DNA of 60,550 nucleotides, counting the filler. It is 6 parts of 6 records of this genome, joined end to end, with 100 filler letters (N's around TTAATTAATTAA, not from the genome) between each part and the next. Parts side by side here need not be neighbours in the genome. Positions count along the whole stretch, not along the records: positions 31,453 to 47,143 come from DRR723986_7894; 5 more parts are not named here. The stretch is one strand, 5' to 3'. The position numbers were made by a program, and so were the translations under genes. The notes below the pieces were generated by a model. It was not told where the DNA came from, did not search any database, and was given only the letters and a program-made list of their open reading frames with translations. Of the stretch, positions 31,453 to 42,301 are shown piece by piece (positions within the stretch are counted from its first letter, which is position 1; each line of letters opens with the position of its first letter).

Positions 31453-32077
31453 CCATTGCAACGCCGGCTGGATTGCGACCGTGGACTGGGGCACGGCGAC
31501 AAGCCCGATGTACCAGGCCCATGACGCCGGCATTCCGATCCATGTCTGGGTGGATGAAACCCGCCCGCGCAACCAGGGTGCCCTCACCTCCTGGGAACTG
31601 GGCAGCCACGGCATTCCGCACACCTACATCACCGACAATGCCGGCGGCCACCTGATGCAGCACGGCCTTGTCGACATGGTCATCGTCGGAACCGACCGCA
31701 CCACACGCCGCGGCGACGTCTGCAACAAGATCGGCACCTATCTGAAGGCACTCGCCGCCAAGGCCAACAACGTGCCGTTCTACGTTGCCCTGCCTTCACC
31801 GACCATCGACTGGACGGTAGATGACGGCGTTGCCGAAATACCGATCGAGGAACGCCAGGAACGCGAAGTCACGCACATCCAGGGCCTGACGGACGACGGC
31901 AAGATCGGCGTCGTGCAGGTGACACCGGTTGGCACGCCCGGCGGCAATCCTGCCTTCGACGTCACGCCGAACCACCTCGTCACCGGCCTGATTACCGAAC
32001 GCGGTATCTGCGAGGCCAGCGCCGAAGGCCTTGCCGCTCTCTTCCCGGATCTCAGCAGGATCGCCAAGAGCGCATGA
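31453..32077 (+). CDS. mtnA: Methylthioribose-1-phosphate isomerase (5' partial)
   Basis: [29 protein letters not shown]. Confidence 0.95.
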
Positions 32078-33093
32078 GCCCTGGCCCGACCAGTTCCCGG
32101 CCAACCGGCACCAAGGCCGCGGCACCCTCCGCGGCCACCAGGGCGCGCAGTCAGGACGATGCCATCATCGAGGTCACCTGGTGCTACTACCAGGAAGGCA
32201 TGAACCAGAACGAGATCGCCGAACGCCTCGGCATTTCGCGGGCGACGGTCGTCAACTATCTGTCCGAAGCGCGAAAACGCGACTATGTCCGCATCACACT
32301 GGACACGGACATCTTTCGCGATCACGACCTGGCGCGCCGTCTCGTCGACCGGTTCGGTCTGCAGGACGCCATCGTCGTTCCGACATCCCCCGCCGGGGCA
32401 GATCAGTCCCTTGACCGGGTCACCCGGGTGGTCGCCGACTGGCTGCCAGGCCTGCTGGAACCGGGCGACCGGCTTGGCGTTGCCTGGGGCGAAACGGTCT
32501 ACAGGGTGGCGGAGGCCGCGCCGCGGGTGACGGTTCCGGACCTTACCGTGGTTCAGCTGGTCGGCTCGCGTCCGGCAGCCCTCGGCTTTGCCGCGGAAAC
32601 CTGCTCGGCAACGCTCGCCCGCCGCTATGGCGCGCACTGCGTCAACCTTCATGTGCCGCTGCTCTTGTCCAACCGGGCGCTGGTGGAAGAACTGAAGCGG
32701 GAACCGGTGATCCGCATGCAGCTTGATGCGGTGGCCGACTGCAACAAGACCATCTTCGCCTGCGGCACCTGCACCGCAGACAGCCACGTCGTCCATACCG
32801 GCCTGCTTGACCCCGCCGACGTTGACCCATGTGCGGAACGCGGTGCCATCGGCGTGATCTGCGGCCGCCTGATCGACCACGACGGCAACGGTCTCAACCG
32901 GGAAATCGAGGACCGGATGATTGCCGTGACGCTGGACCAGATGCGCGGCAAGGACATGGGCCTGCTGGTCGGCTCCGGCCCGGACCGTGCCAGACCGATG
33001 CTGGCCGCCCTGCGCGGCGGCTACGCCACCCACATCGCCACCTGCTCGGAAACGGCGACGGAAATGCTCAATCTGACGGAAAACAATGCTTAA
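32074..33093 (+). CDS. SorC/DeoR sugar-binding transcriptional regulator
   Basis: [37 protein letters not shown]. Confidence 0.92.
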   Translation: MSPGPTSSRPTGTKAAAPSAATRARSQDDAIIEVTWCYYQEGMNQNEIAERLGISRATVVNYLSEARKRDYVRITLDTDIFRDHDLARRLVDRFGLQDAIVVPTSPAGADQSLDRVTRVVADWLPGLLEPGDRLGVAWGETVYRVAEAAPRVTVPDLTVVQLVGSRPAALGFAAETCSATLARRYGAHCVNLHVPLLLSNRALVEELKREPVIRMQLDAVADCNKTIFACGTCTADSHVVHTGLLDPADVDPCAERGAIGVICGRLIDHDGNGLNREIEDRMIAVTLDQMRGKDMGLLVGSGPDRARPMLAALRGGYATHIATCSETATEMLNLTENNA

Positions 33094-33754
33094 GACGCCT
33101 TATCAGGACACTCCCGAACTTCGCCAGGCCATCATCGATTCCTGCAAGGAGATGAACAGCCGCGGTATCAACCAGGGCACATCGGGCAATATTTCCGCGC
33201 GCGCAGGCGACCGGATGATCATCACGCCCTCCGGCGTGCCCTATGACCGCATGACCCCGGAGATGCTGGCCTCCATCCCGCTGGACGGCGACAGCGCTTT
33301 CGAAGGGCCCCTGCCGCCTTCAACCGAATGGCAGTTCCACCTTGCGCTGCTGCGGGCAAAGCCGGACATGCACGCAGTCGTGCACGCCCACCCGGTCCAC
33401 TGCACCGCGCTGGCGATCAACCGGATGGAGATCCCCTCCTGCCATTACATGATCGCGCTTTTCGGTGGTGACACGGTTCCTCTGGCGGGCTACGCCCTTT
33501 TCGGCAGCGACGAACTTGCGCGGGAAGTGACAGACGTCATGAAAGACCGGCAAGGCTGCCTGATGGCCAACCACGGTGCCGTGGTTGTCGGCGAGACCCT
33601 TGAAAAGGGCCTCTGGCGTCTTGAGGAACTGGAAGTCCTGGCCAAGGCCTATATCCTCAGCCGAACGATCGGCTCGCCGCACATTCTCTCGAAATCCGAG
33701 ATCGACGCGGTGCTTGGCGCGGTGAAGAACTACGGAATGAAGACGGAAGTCTGA
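33086..33754 (+). CDS. Class II aldolase (FucA-like; probable methylthio-/deoxy-ribulose-1-P aldolase)
   Basis: GTSGNIS, PSTEWQFH, VVHAH, MANHG. Confidence 0.9.
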   Translation: MLKTPYQDTPELRQAIIDSCKEMNSRGINQGTSGNISARAGDRMIITPSGVPYDRMTPEMLASIPLDGDSAFEGPLPPSTEWQFHLALLRAKPDMHAVVHAHPVHCTALAINRMEIPSCHYMIALFGGDTVPLAGYALFGSDELAREVTDVMKDRQGCLMANHGAVVVGETLEKGLWRLEELEVLAKAYILSRTIGSPHILSKSEIDAVLGAVKNYGMKTEV

Positions 33755-33767
33755 ACAGGCTTCCCCG

Positions 33768-34271
33768 TCACACCAGATCAGGCATGAACGGCAGATCGGT
33801 GACCCCGATGTCATGCCCGGCCTGTGTCAGCAGTGTCGACACCTGGCCGCGATGATGGGTCTGGTGATTGAACATGTGGGTGACAAGCATCCAGCGTGGC
33901 CGGGACCGGGGAATACCGTCCTGGCCGCTTGTCCATTCCAGATCCTCCGCCAGCCAGTCGATAGTCAGCCACTCGGCAAAGTCGGAAATCTGCAGGCACA
34001 TGTCGAAATGGGCGGCTTTCAACTCATCGAAATTCTCGAAGAGATCGACGCCCATGCCCTTGATTTCGTATTTGCGGCCGGTAAAGCGGCTCATCCATGC
34101 CCTGTCGGCAAACAGGATGTGGTTAAGCGTGGAATGCACGGACCGGAAGAAGGCACCCCGGTCGGCCTTGCGGTCTTCATCGCTCATGAGATCCGCTGCC
34201 GCATAGACCTTTTCGGTCATCCAGCTGTTGTATTTGGCCATTCGGCGATAGAGCACCGGATCGACGAGCAT
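33768..34271 (-). CDS. DinB family protein
   Basis: YN.W, FF.S...TLNH, HMFNHQTHHRGQ. Confidence 0.92.
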   Translation of the reverse strand: MLVDPVLYRRMAKYNSWMTEKVYAAADLMSDEDRKADRGAFFRSVHSTLNHILFADRAWMSRFTGRKYEIKGMGVDLFENFDELKAAHFDMCLQISDFAEWLTIDWLAEDLEWTSGQDGIPRSRPRWMLVTHMFNHQTHHRGQVSTLLTQAGHDIGVTDLPFMPDLV

Positions 34272-34293
34272 GACGTCCCTTTCCTTGCAGCGC

Positions 34294-34953
34294 TTATCCC
34301 GCCGTGGCGAGAACTTCCGGGGCTGTCGTGGAGAATCTCTGTGTTTCGGCGTCCATGACCCGCAATTCGCCGGACCCGATGTCGAACCAGGACCCGTGCA
34401 GGCTGAGCGAACCCGCCGAAACGGCCGCCTCGATGAACGGGAAGGTCATCAGGTTCTTCAGCGACTGGCGGATACCGGCATATTCCATGGCAAGCTGAGG
34501 ATCGTCAGCCTTGTCCACCGGCATGCAGGCCATCGCGATTGCCGCCGGCTCCAGCAGCTTGATCCACCGGCCGATGAACTGACCTGTCGCCATCGGCGCA
34601 TTCGCGTTTTCCCGGAACGCCTTCACGCCGCCGCACTGGCCGTGTCCCATGATCACAATGTGCTTGACCTTGAGCCCGTTGACCGCGAATTCGATCGCGG
34701 CGCTGGTGCCGTGCTGGCCTTCCGTATCCTCGTAAGGCGGCACCAGGTTGGCAACGTTGCGCACCACGAACAATTCGCCCGGACCGACATTGAAGATGCC
34801 TTCCGGCGTGACGCGGCTGTCGCAGCAGGAAATCACCATCACATCCGGCGTCTGACCATAGACCGCCAGGCGTTCATGGGTTTCCTTGTATCTGACGAAC
34901 CCCTTGTTGAGGTAACGGCCGTAGCCTTCGAGAAGATGTGCGGGGAAAGTCAA
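34294..34953 (-). CDS. Beta-class carbonic anhydrase
   Basis: CCDSRV, RNVAN, HGQCGG; TTG start after GGAG. Confidence 0.95.
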   Translation of the reverse strand: MTFPAHLLEGYGRYLNKGFVRYKETHERLAVYGQTPDVMVISCCDSRVTPEGIFNVGPGELFVVRNVANLVPPYEDTEGQHGTSAAIEFAVNGLKVKHIVIMGHGQCGGVKAFRENANAPMATGQFIGRWIKLLEPAAIAMACMPVDKADDPQLAMEYAGIRQSLKNLMTFPFIEAAVSAGSLSLHGSWFDIGSGELRVMDAETQRFSTTAPEVLATAG

Positions 34954-35159
34954 ACTCAAGTCTCCAGCTCTTGTCACCCGGGATCAGCCACCTGCGCCAG
35001 ATATGGGCAGGCCTGCCAACCGGAATGGCGGCACCTGGTACTGCATCCCGAAGGACGCGCACCTGTGCACGAACGATAGGGGATCTCCCCTGCCGGCCAT
35101 AGATACGGGTTAATACGTAACGAGCCAAGTGACTTCAACCTTTTGGACGACTTCGCCCG

Positions 35160-35537
35160 TCAGGTCGCAACATTCACCTCATGGGGCGGCTCACCGTCCT
35201 CGTGATCCTCATAGGCATGACGGACGTTGTCCGCGGGCATCCTGTCCACAGGTCCCCGCAAGGGGTGAACCGGCCCGTGATCGATGCCCGGTTCCATGAC
35301 CTGCAACGCGACAGCCCGATAGGCGGCAACGCCATCCAGCACATGATTTACGGTGTGGTGATCGTCAACAAGAACTGCCGGAGTGTCCTCGGACATCCCG
35401 GTTTCATTTTCATGGCGCTCTGCGGTGTCACGCTTCTTTCTGCGGTCGTAACCGGTGCCGTCACCGTCACGGTCCGCGGGGTACTCTGTCGCATGCGCCA
35501 CGACCTGGGCCGATTGCGGCCTTTCGATCGTCGCCAT
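35160..35537 (-). CDS. Hypothetical protein
   Basis: ATG after AGGAGG; acidic/His-rich. Confidence 0.55.
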   Translation of the reverse strand: MATIERPQSAQVVAHATEYPADRDGDGTGYDRRKKRDTAERHENETGMSEDTPAVLVDDHHTVNHVLDGVAAYRAVALQVMEPGIDHGPVHPLRGPVDRMPADNVRHAYEDHEDGEPPHEVNVAT

Positions 35538-35656
35538 TCCGGCCTCCTGGCCCTCAGAGAATTGCCGCCTTCTGGCGGAACCCGCCAATTGTTTCAACAA
35601 AGGGTTAACAAAACTTTACGTTAAGTTAACCCTCGGTTTCATCAAAAGCAACGGCG

Positions 35657-37414
35657 TCAGGCCGACTGAGACCGAGGGGTCGGATAGTCGACACAGACCC
35701 GGTTGCGGCCCGACGATTTGGCGATGTAAAGCGCCTGATCCGCCCGGGCGATCGTGTCTTCGACATCACGATCATCAGCCGTGACTTCCGCCAGACCAAT
35801 GCTGACCGTGACGGAGATATTGCCAACGCCGGCATCCACGGTGAGGGCTGCAATTCTCAACCTGATGCGCTCGGCCAGGACCCAGGCCCCGTTTGCGTCA
35901 TTTTCCCTCAGCAGGAGAACGAATTCTTCCCCGCCGAACCGGGCAGCCTTGTCGGTCGAACGGATTTCTTCAACGATGGCATCCCCGATGGCCCGGATGA
36001 CGTCGTCACCGGCTCGGTGCCCGAATTGGTCATTGACGGTCTTGAAGTGGTCCGCATCGATCATCAGCACGCTGAACAGCCGGTCGTGACGCTGGAAGGT
36101 CGCAAAGGCATCTTCCGCAAATGGCTGGAACGCACGCCGGTTCAGGAGGCCCGACAGGGAATCGTGTTCCGCCAGCGTTCTCAAGGAGCGGATGTCGGCT
36201 CCCAGTTGCCGGTTCCGTTCCTCACTGGACCGTATGTTGCGGCTGTATTCGTCCTTCAGAACCGCCAGCATGTCCCGAGCTGTCCTGGCGCTTTCTTCCA
36301 CGGTACCGAGCCGGCGCAACAGCGACCTGACGGAAGCAGACACCTGCGAAAGCTCCCTGAACCCGTGCAGGCGCGGAACTGTCGTTTCCTTTTCGTCACG
36401 CCCGATCCTGTCCAGTGCTGAGACCAGGCCGAGAAGCGGCTGCGAGATGGTGCGAGACGCAAGCCATGCCAGCAGCGCGGAAAGACAGGCAACCGCAAAT
36501 CCGATCAGAAAGATATTGCAAACCAGAGCCGCCACCCGAGCGGACACGACGCTGACCGGCTGCTGCACGGCAACTTTCCAGCCCAGCCCCGGATAATCGC
36601 CAAGGCCCGAGGTTTCGACCTCCGCGACCACCATGTCGGGATTGCCGGGATCGTAGGCAGCAGTTTCCCGGGAGAGGCTTGTGCCCTCGGCGTCTTCCCC
36701 GACAAGCACCGAGCCGTCGCGCGCAAGCACGAAGAGGTCGAGCCCTTCCTTGCCGAGATTGTTTTCCAGAACATCGCGCCGGGTTTCTTCCGCCCAGCTC
36801 CAGCTCATGTGCGCGCCGAGTACGCCCGCCAGTTTTCCGTTTTCGTCTTTTACCGGCATTGCCACGTCGACGAAACGAAACGGCGCTTCGTCGGGGCTTG
36901 TCCGCAACAGGTGGTCAAGCAGCTTGGCAAGATGCACATCCTCGACCGCAGGCCCTTTCAGACCACTGACGAACCAGGGCCGCTCGGCGACGGATGCGCC
37001 CTCCAGCATGCCCTTGGTTGCCGCCACGACCGTGCCGTCGACAGATGCAAAGCCGATCCAGGCATATTGCGGCAGGCTGCGCTGCAGCTGGTCAAGCGTT
37101 TCACGGATGATGTCGGGATTGCGGGTCCAGACGGGCTTCAGCAGTTCCATGTCTGCAACGTTGCGCACTTCGCGGTAACGGTCGAACATCGTCTGGTCCA
37201 GCCGCTGCGCCATGCTGCGTGCAATCAGGGTCAGGTCCCACCGGTTTTCCCGGATGGCTTCGCCGCGTGCAATCAGGGCCGCACCGAATGCCGCCACCGC
37301 GATCGAAAAGATGCAAAGCGAAGCCGCCAGAAGGGCAATCTGCTGGCGCAGACTGGTCCCGTCCCGCAATCCGATGAGGACTGAAGTTATTCTGGAAATT
37401 GGCTTACGTATCAT
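35657..37414 (-). CDS. Membrane diguanylate cyclase (dCache-HAMP-GGDEF)
   Basis: Two TM segments, RPWF cache motif, DSLSGLLNRR, DHFKTVND.FGH, RFGGEEF. Confidence 0.93.
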   Translation of the reverse strand: MIRKPISRITSVLIGLRDGTSLRQQIALLAASLCIFSIAVAAFGAALIARGEAIRENRWDLTLIARSMAQRLDQTMFDRYREVRNVADMELLKPVWTRNPDIIRETLDQLQRSLPQYAWIGFASVDGTVVAATKGMLEGASVAERPWFVSGLKGPAVEDVHLAKLLDHLLRTSPDEAPFRFVDVAMPVKDENGKLAGVLGAHMSWSWAEETRRDVLENNLGKEGLDLFVLARDGSVLVGEDAEGTSLSRETAAYDPGNPDMVVAEVETSGLGDYPGLGWKVAVQQPVSVVSARVAALVCNIFLIGFAVACLSALLAWLASRTISQPLLGLVSALDRIGRDEKETTVPRLHGFRELSQVSASVRSLLRRLGTVEESARTARDMLAVLKDEYSRNIRSSEERNRQLGADIRSLRTLAEHDSLSGLLNRRAFQPFAEDAFATFQRHDRLFSVLMIDADHFKTVNDQFGHRAGDDVIRAIGDAIVEEIRSTDKAARFGGEEFVLLLRENDANGAWVLAERIRLRIAALTVDAGVGNISVTVSIGLAEVTADDRDVEDTIARADQALYIAKSSGRNRVCVDYPTPRSQSA

Positions 37415-37614
37415 CGGATCGTTTCCTGCTTAGACCCGCGCTAAGGGAAACTACTAATGGCCAAGTATAAATAAATCTTGAACCCGCCAGCGAAACCGAC
37501 GCAGCCACGACTGCGCCAGTTGCAACTGAAAGTTTATCCGAGACTAGAAGAGCGAATAATTTTCGCCAATAAATACTTCAATCGGCATTATTGTCACTTT
37601 CGACGAAGGCCGGT

Positions 37615-39612
37615 TCAAGCAGCCTGCTCTGCACGGTTGCCGACAATCTTCACCACATCGGCCATGATATCGGTGAGCTGGAAATCCTTGGGCGTATAGA
37701 CTGCCGCAATGCCTTGCGCCTTGAGCTGTGCGGCGTCTTCGTCAGGGATAATCCCGCCAACCACGACCGGGATATCGTCCGCGCCGGCTGCCCGCAGGCG
37801 GTCCATCACGTCACGCACCAGGGCCAGGTGCGAGCCGGACAGGATGGACAGACCGATCACGTGAACGTCTTCTTCCACCGCGGCGTTGACGATCTGCGCC
37901 GGCGTCAGCCGGATTCCCTCATAGACCACCTCCATGCCGCAGTCGCGCGCCCTGACGGCAATCTGTTCCGCACCGTTCGAATGCCCGTCGAGACCCGGTT
38001 TGCCGACCAGGAACTTCAGTCGGCGGCCTAGTTTCTTTGATACCGCCTCCACGTCCGAGCGGATGTCTGCCAAAGTGCCGGCATTGTCCCGCACGGCCTG
38101 GCCGACACCGGTCGGTGCACGGTACTCGCCAAAGACCTCGCGCAGTGTCCGGCCCCATTCGCCTGTGGTCGCTCCGGCCTTGGCTGCGGCAATCGAGGGC
38201 TCCATGATGTTGCGGCCTTCCTGGGCGGCGGCTTTCAGGTCCGCCAGCGCGGTTTCGACCGCGGCTTGATCGCGTGCATCGCGCCAGGCCTTGACCTTCT
38301 CGACCGCTTCTTCCTCGACATGCTCGGAAACGGTGAGAATGCCGCCATCTTCCCCGGCGGCCAGAGGTGAAGGCTCGCTGTCTGTCCAGCGGTTGACGCC
38401 GACCACCACCTGGTCGCCGCCTTCGATCGCGGCAAGGCGTGCGGAATTGGCTTCCACAAGCTGGCGCTTCATGTAGCTGCTATCGACCGCGGCGACCGCA
38501 CCACCCATGGCATCGATCCGGGCAAGTTCCTCGCGGGCTTGCGCCTTCAGCTCTTCCACCTTGCGGGTAATTTCGGCCGAGCCGTCAAAAATGTCCGCAT
38601 AATCCAGAAGGTCGGTCTCATAGGCGACGATCTGCTGCATCCGCAGCGACCACTGCTGGTCGAACGGTCGCGGCAGGCCCAGCGCTTCGTTCCATGCCGG
38701 CAGCTGCACGGCGCGGGCGCGCGCATTCTTGGACAAGACCACTGCCAGCATCTCGATGAGGATACGGTAGACGTTGTTTTCCGGCTGCGGCTCGGTCAGC
38801 CCGAGGCTGTTCACCTGAACCCCATAGCGGAAGCGGCGATAGCGCTCGTCCTCAACGCCATAGCGCTCCAGGCAGATCTCGTCCCACAATTCGGTGAAGG
38901 CGCGCATCTTGCACATCTCGGTAATGAACCGCATGCCCGCATTGACGAAGAAGGAAATCCGGCCGACAGCCTTCGGGAAGTCTTCATCGGGAATGGCCCC
39001 GCTCGCCTTGATGGAATCCAGAATGGCAACCGCCGTTGCCAGCGCGAAGGACAACTCCTGAACCGGTGTCGCACCTGCTTCCTGCAAATGATAGGAGCAG
39101 ACGTTCATCGGGTTCCATTTGGGCATGTTGGAATAGGTCCAGGCGATGACATCGGTCGTCAGCCTGAGCGAAGGCGCCGGCGGAAACACATAGGTGCCCC
39201 GGGACAGATATTCCTTGATGATGTCGTTCTGGGTCGTGCCCGACAGCAGTTTGCGGTCGGCGCCCTGTTCGTCGGCAGCCGCTATATAGAGCGACAGCAG
39301 CCAGGGTGCGGTCGCGTTGATCGTCATGGAGGTGTTCATCCGCTCCAGCGGAATATCCTGGAACAGGGTGCGCATGTCGCCGAGATGAGCCACCGGAACA
39401 CCGACCTTGCCCACTTCGCCGCGCGCCAGGGCGTCATCCGGATCGTAACCGGTCTGAGTCGGCAGATCGAACGCAACGGACAGGCCGGTCTGACCCTTGG
39501 CAAGATTGCCACGGTAGAGCTTGTTCGATTCGGCCGCCGTCGAGTGGCCCGCGTAGGTCCGGAAAATCCACGGACGATCTTTCTCCGGCCGGCTCTCACC
39601 CGATGCACTCAT
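37615..39612 (-). CDS. ecm: Ethylmalonyl-CoA mutase (MeaA/Ecm, B12-dependent)
   Basis: DRPWIFRTYAGHS, GLSVAFDLPTQ, GLDGHSNG; divergent from ccr. Confidence 0.95.
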   Translation of the reverse strand: MSASGESRPEKDRPWIFRTYAGHSTAAESNKLYRGNLAKGQTGLSVAFDLPTQTGYDPDDALARGEVGKVGVPVAHLGDMRTLFQDIPLERMNTSMTINATAPWLLSLYIAAADEQGADRKLLSGTTQNDIIKEYLSRGTYVFPPAPSLRLTTDVIAWTYSNMPKWNPMNVCSYHLQEAGATPVQELSFALATAVAILDSIKASGAIPDEDFPKAVGRISFFVNAGMRFITEMCKMRAFTELWDEICLERYGVEDERYRRFRYGVQVNSLGLTEPQPENNVYRILIEMLAVVLSKNARARAVQLPAWNEALGLPRPFDQQWSLRMQQIVAYETDLLDYADIFDGSAEITRKVEELKAQAREELARIDAMGGAVAAVDSSYMKRQLVEANSARLAAIEGGDQVVVGVNRWTDSEPSPLAAGEDGGILTVSEHVEEEAVEKVKAWRDARDQAAVETALADLKAAAQEGRNIMEPSIAAAKAGATTGEWGRTLREVFGEYRAPTGVGQAVRDNAGTLADIRSDVEAVSKKLGRRLKFLVGKPGLDGHSNGAEQIAVRARDCGMEVVYEGIRLTPAQIVNAAVEEDVHVIGLSILSGSHLALVRDVMDRLRAAGADDIPVVVGGIIPDEDAAQLKAQGIAAVYTPKDFQLTDIMADVVKIVGNRAEQAA

Positions 39613-39897
39613 GCCACTCATCCTCCTAAGGCGTTCTGCTGCCTGTTTTTTCTTGATTTGGCAGCACCGCGTCAGCCTGTTTCTCCCGGACAGTCAGCAG
39701 TGTGCCGGAGTTTACGCGACTGCGAAACCCCAATGTGCAATGCAAAATATGGTTGGCATCAAAACGCAAGTTAAGCAATAGTCGTATAGAACGGTGATCG
39801 TTTTTGAACAATAGTTGCGCAAAATTGGGTATTTGCCCGATTACGACTTGTGCAAATGCGAAATTCTGAGGCCCAAAAGAAGCCCTGGGAGGGGAGA

Positions 39898-41193
39898 ATG
39901 ACAGCGACCGCGGAAGCCAATGACAACCAAACGCGAGAGGGCGCGCCGGTGAAAGATCTTTATGAAATCGGAGAGATCCCGCCGCTCGGACACGTTCCCA
40001 AAAACATGTATGCCTGGACCATCCGCCGGGAACGCCACGGACCGCCGGAAGACGCCATGAAACTGGAAGTCGTGCCAACCTGGGAACTCGACAGCCACGA
40101 GGTTCTGGTTCTGGTGATGGCCGCCGGCGTCAACTACAACGGCATCTGGGCAGGCCTCGGTCAGCCGATCAGCCCGTTCGACGGTCACGGCGCCGCCTAT
40201 CACATTGCCGGCTCCGATGCCTCGGGCATCGTCTGGGCCGTCGGTGACAAGGTCAAGCGCTGGAAAGTGGGCGACGAGGTCGTGGTTCATTGTAACCAGG
40301 ACGACGGCGACGACGAGGAGTGCAACGGCGGCGACCCGATGTTCTCCACCTCCCAGCGGATCTGGGGTTACGAGACACCGGACGGGTCGTTCTCGCAGTT
40401 CACCCGCGTGCAGGCCCAGCAGCTTATGCCCCGGCCGCGCCACCTGACCTGGGAAGAAAGCGCCTGCTACACGCTGACGCTCGCGACCGCCTATCGCATG
40501 CTGTTCGGCCATCACCCGCATGAGCTGAAGCCGGGTCAGAACGTGCTTGTCTGGGGCGCCTCGGGTGGCCTTGGCTCCTACGCCATCCAGTTGATTACGG
40601 CAGCAGGTGCCAATGCCATTGGCGTCATCTCTGACGAGGACAAGCGCCAGTTCGTGCTGGATCTCGGTGCCAAGGGCGTGATCAACCGCAAGGACTTCAA
40701 GTGCTGGGGACAATTGCCGACGGTCGGCTCGCCCGAATATGCGGAATGGTTCGCGGAAGCGCGCAAGTTCGGCAAGGCGATCTGGGATCTCACCGGCAAG
40801 GGCAACAACGTCGATATCGTCTTCGAACATCCGGGTGAAGCAACCTTCCCGGTCTCCACCCTGGTCTGCAAGAAGGGCGGCATGGTCGTCATTTGTGCAG
40901 GCACGTCAGGCTTCAACTGCACCTTCGACGTCCGCTACATGTGGATGCACCAGAAGCGCCTTCAAGGGTCGCACTTCGCCCATCTGAAGCAGGCCTCGGC
41001 CGCCAACAAGCTGATGATCGAACGGCGCATCGACCCTTACATGTCCGAGGTCTTCCCCTGGGATCAGATCCCGAAGGCCCATACCAAGATGTGGAAGAAC
41101 CAGCACGCACCGGGCAACATGTCCGTCCTGGTCTGCGCGCCGACCACCGGTCTTCGGACCTATGAGGACGTTCTGGAAGCCTCCACCCGCTGA
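39898..41193 (+). CDS. ccr: Crotonyl-CoA carboxylase/reductase
   Basis: KDLYEIGEIPPLG, AAGVNYNG, WGYETPDGSF, FEHPG, QGSHFA. Confidence 0.97.
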   Translation: MTATAEANDNQTREGAPVKDLYEIGEIPPLGHVPKNMYAWTIRRERHGPPEDAMKLEVVPTWELDSHEVLVLVMAAGVNYNGIWAGLGQPISPFDGHGAAYHIAGSDASGIVWAVGDKVKRWKVGDEVVVHCNQDDGDDEECNGGDPMFSTSQRIWGYETPDGSFSQFTRVQAQQLMPRPRHLTWEESACYTLTLATAYRMLFGHHPHELKPGQNVLVWGASGGLGSYAIQLITAAGANAIGVISDEDKRQFVLDLGAKGVINRKDFKCWGQLPTVGSPEYAEWFAEARKFGKAIWDLTGKGNNVDIVFEHPGEATFPVSTLVCKKGGMVVICAGTSGFNCTFDVRYMWMHQKRLQGSHFAHLKQASAANKLMIERRIDPYMSEVFPWDQIPKAHTKMWKNQHAPGNMSVLVCAPTTGLRTYEDVLEASTR

Positions 41194-41294
41194 TCCGGCA
41201 CCGCCGCCTTCAGGGCAACCACCTGCAGGCGGCGGGCTCAACAAGCTCCCTGAAAGGCTGGGGGCCTCAAGCCCCGTTAGCCTCATGCAGCCTG

Positions 41295-41330
41295 ACCAGC
41301 CCGTGTCTCACGGGCTGGTCTTTTCTTTTT
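41295..41330 (+). terminator. Rho-independent terminator
   Basis: GACCAGCCCGTG-TCT-CACGGGCTGGTC followed by TTTTCTTTTT. Confidence 0.85.
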
Positions 41331-41332
41331 GA

Positions 41333-42007
41333 TTACCCGGCGGTTGCGACCCAGCCTCTGAAGGTGAAGGCCGTGTAGAAGGTCTCGACGTCGACAAATC
41401 CGGCCTGCCTCAACAGATCCGCATCCTGCTCGGGCGTCAGCACCGGCAATCGCTCCTTCATCGCGGCCATGCCGTTTTCGGTAAGCGAGCGGGAAGTACC
41501 GGATAGGGTGGAAAACGCCGCATATCTTGCCAGCCACCTGTCCTTGCCCGCAGGGTCGGTCGGAAAGCTGTGATGAACCGAAACGAAGGCCGCTCCAGGC
41601 TTCAACCGTTGCCGCAGTCCGGAAAGCGTCTTCAACCTCTCCTCCCGATCCAGAAAATGAAGCGTCAGCAGGCAGGCGGCGCCATCAAATTGTCTCTCGG
41701 GGGCATCATGGATGTATCCCTCCAGCAGGCTCACTCTTGCCCCGAGGGGACCAAGGTGCTCATGCGCCTTTTCCAGCATGTCTGCGGACGGGTCGACACC
41801 AAGGAAACGCCAGTCCGGCTGCATGCGGGCAAAGGCCTTCAGTTCAACGCCGCCACCGGCACCAAGCACCAGGATTGTCCCGTCCGATGGCGCCCGCTCC
41901 GCCAGCAGCAGGCCGGTCATTTTGTGCATGTCTGCAAGCCCGGGAACGAGCCTCGCCGTTCTTTCCGCATATCCGGCGGTTGATGCGGCTCCGGAAAACA
42001 GGGACAT
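41333..42007 (-). CDS. Class I SAM-dependent methyltransferase (CmoA-like)
   Basis: LVLGAGGG.E, GVDPS..ML, LLTLHFL, LKPGA. Confidence 0.9.
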   Translation of the reverse strand: MSLFSGAASTAGYAERTARLVPGLADMHKMTGLLLAERAPSDGTILVLGAGGGVELKAFARMQPDWRFLGVDPSADMLEKAHEHLGPLGARVSLLEGYIHDAPERQFDGAACLLTLHFLDREERLKTLSGLRQRLKPGAAFVSVHHSFPTDPAGKDRWLARYAAFSTLSGTSRSLTENGMAAMKERLPVLTPEQDADLLRQAGFVDVETFYTAFTFRGWVATAG

Positions 42008-42301
42008 GGAAAAGGTCCTCAAGCAATGTGTGCCTGGTGCTCCGATCCATACCAAGACGTTCGGCACCATCATGTTACTTTATATGTAACTTGAAAATTG
42101 CCATTCAAGAAACCTGCTCCATTTTTTCCAACCCATTGCGCGCGCACCCCAGCTGAAAGGCTTGTGCACCGGTTTCAGGAGCCTTGCGCCGCAATTCTGC
42201 TCAACTGTCGTCCCATCACCTTCCAAAGTGAGGCGAATCATGTGCCTCACTAAATCTCATTGACCCTGAGCGGGAGCTTCAACAGCGTGGCTGACAATCC
42301 G

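Noticed and set aside
37615-41193. Divergent ecm/ccr pair
   Set aside because: This is a standard ethylmalonyl-CoA pathway arrangement and not novel.
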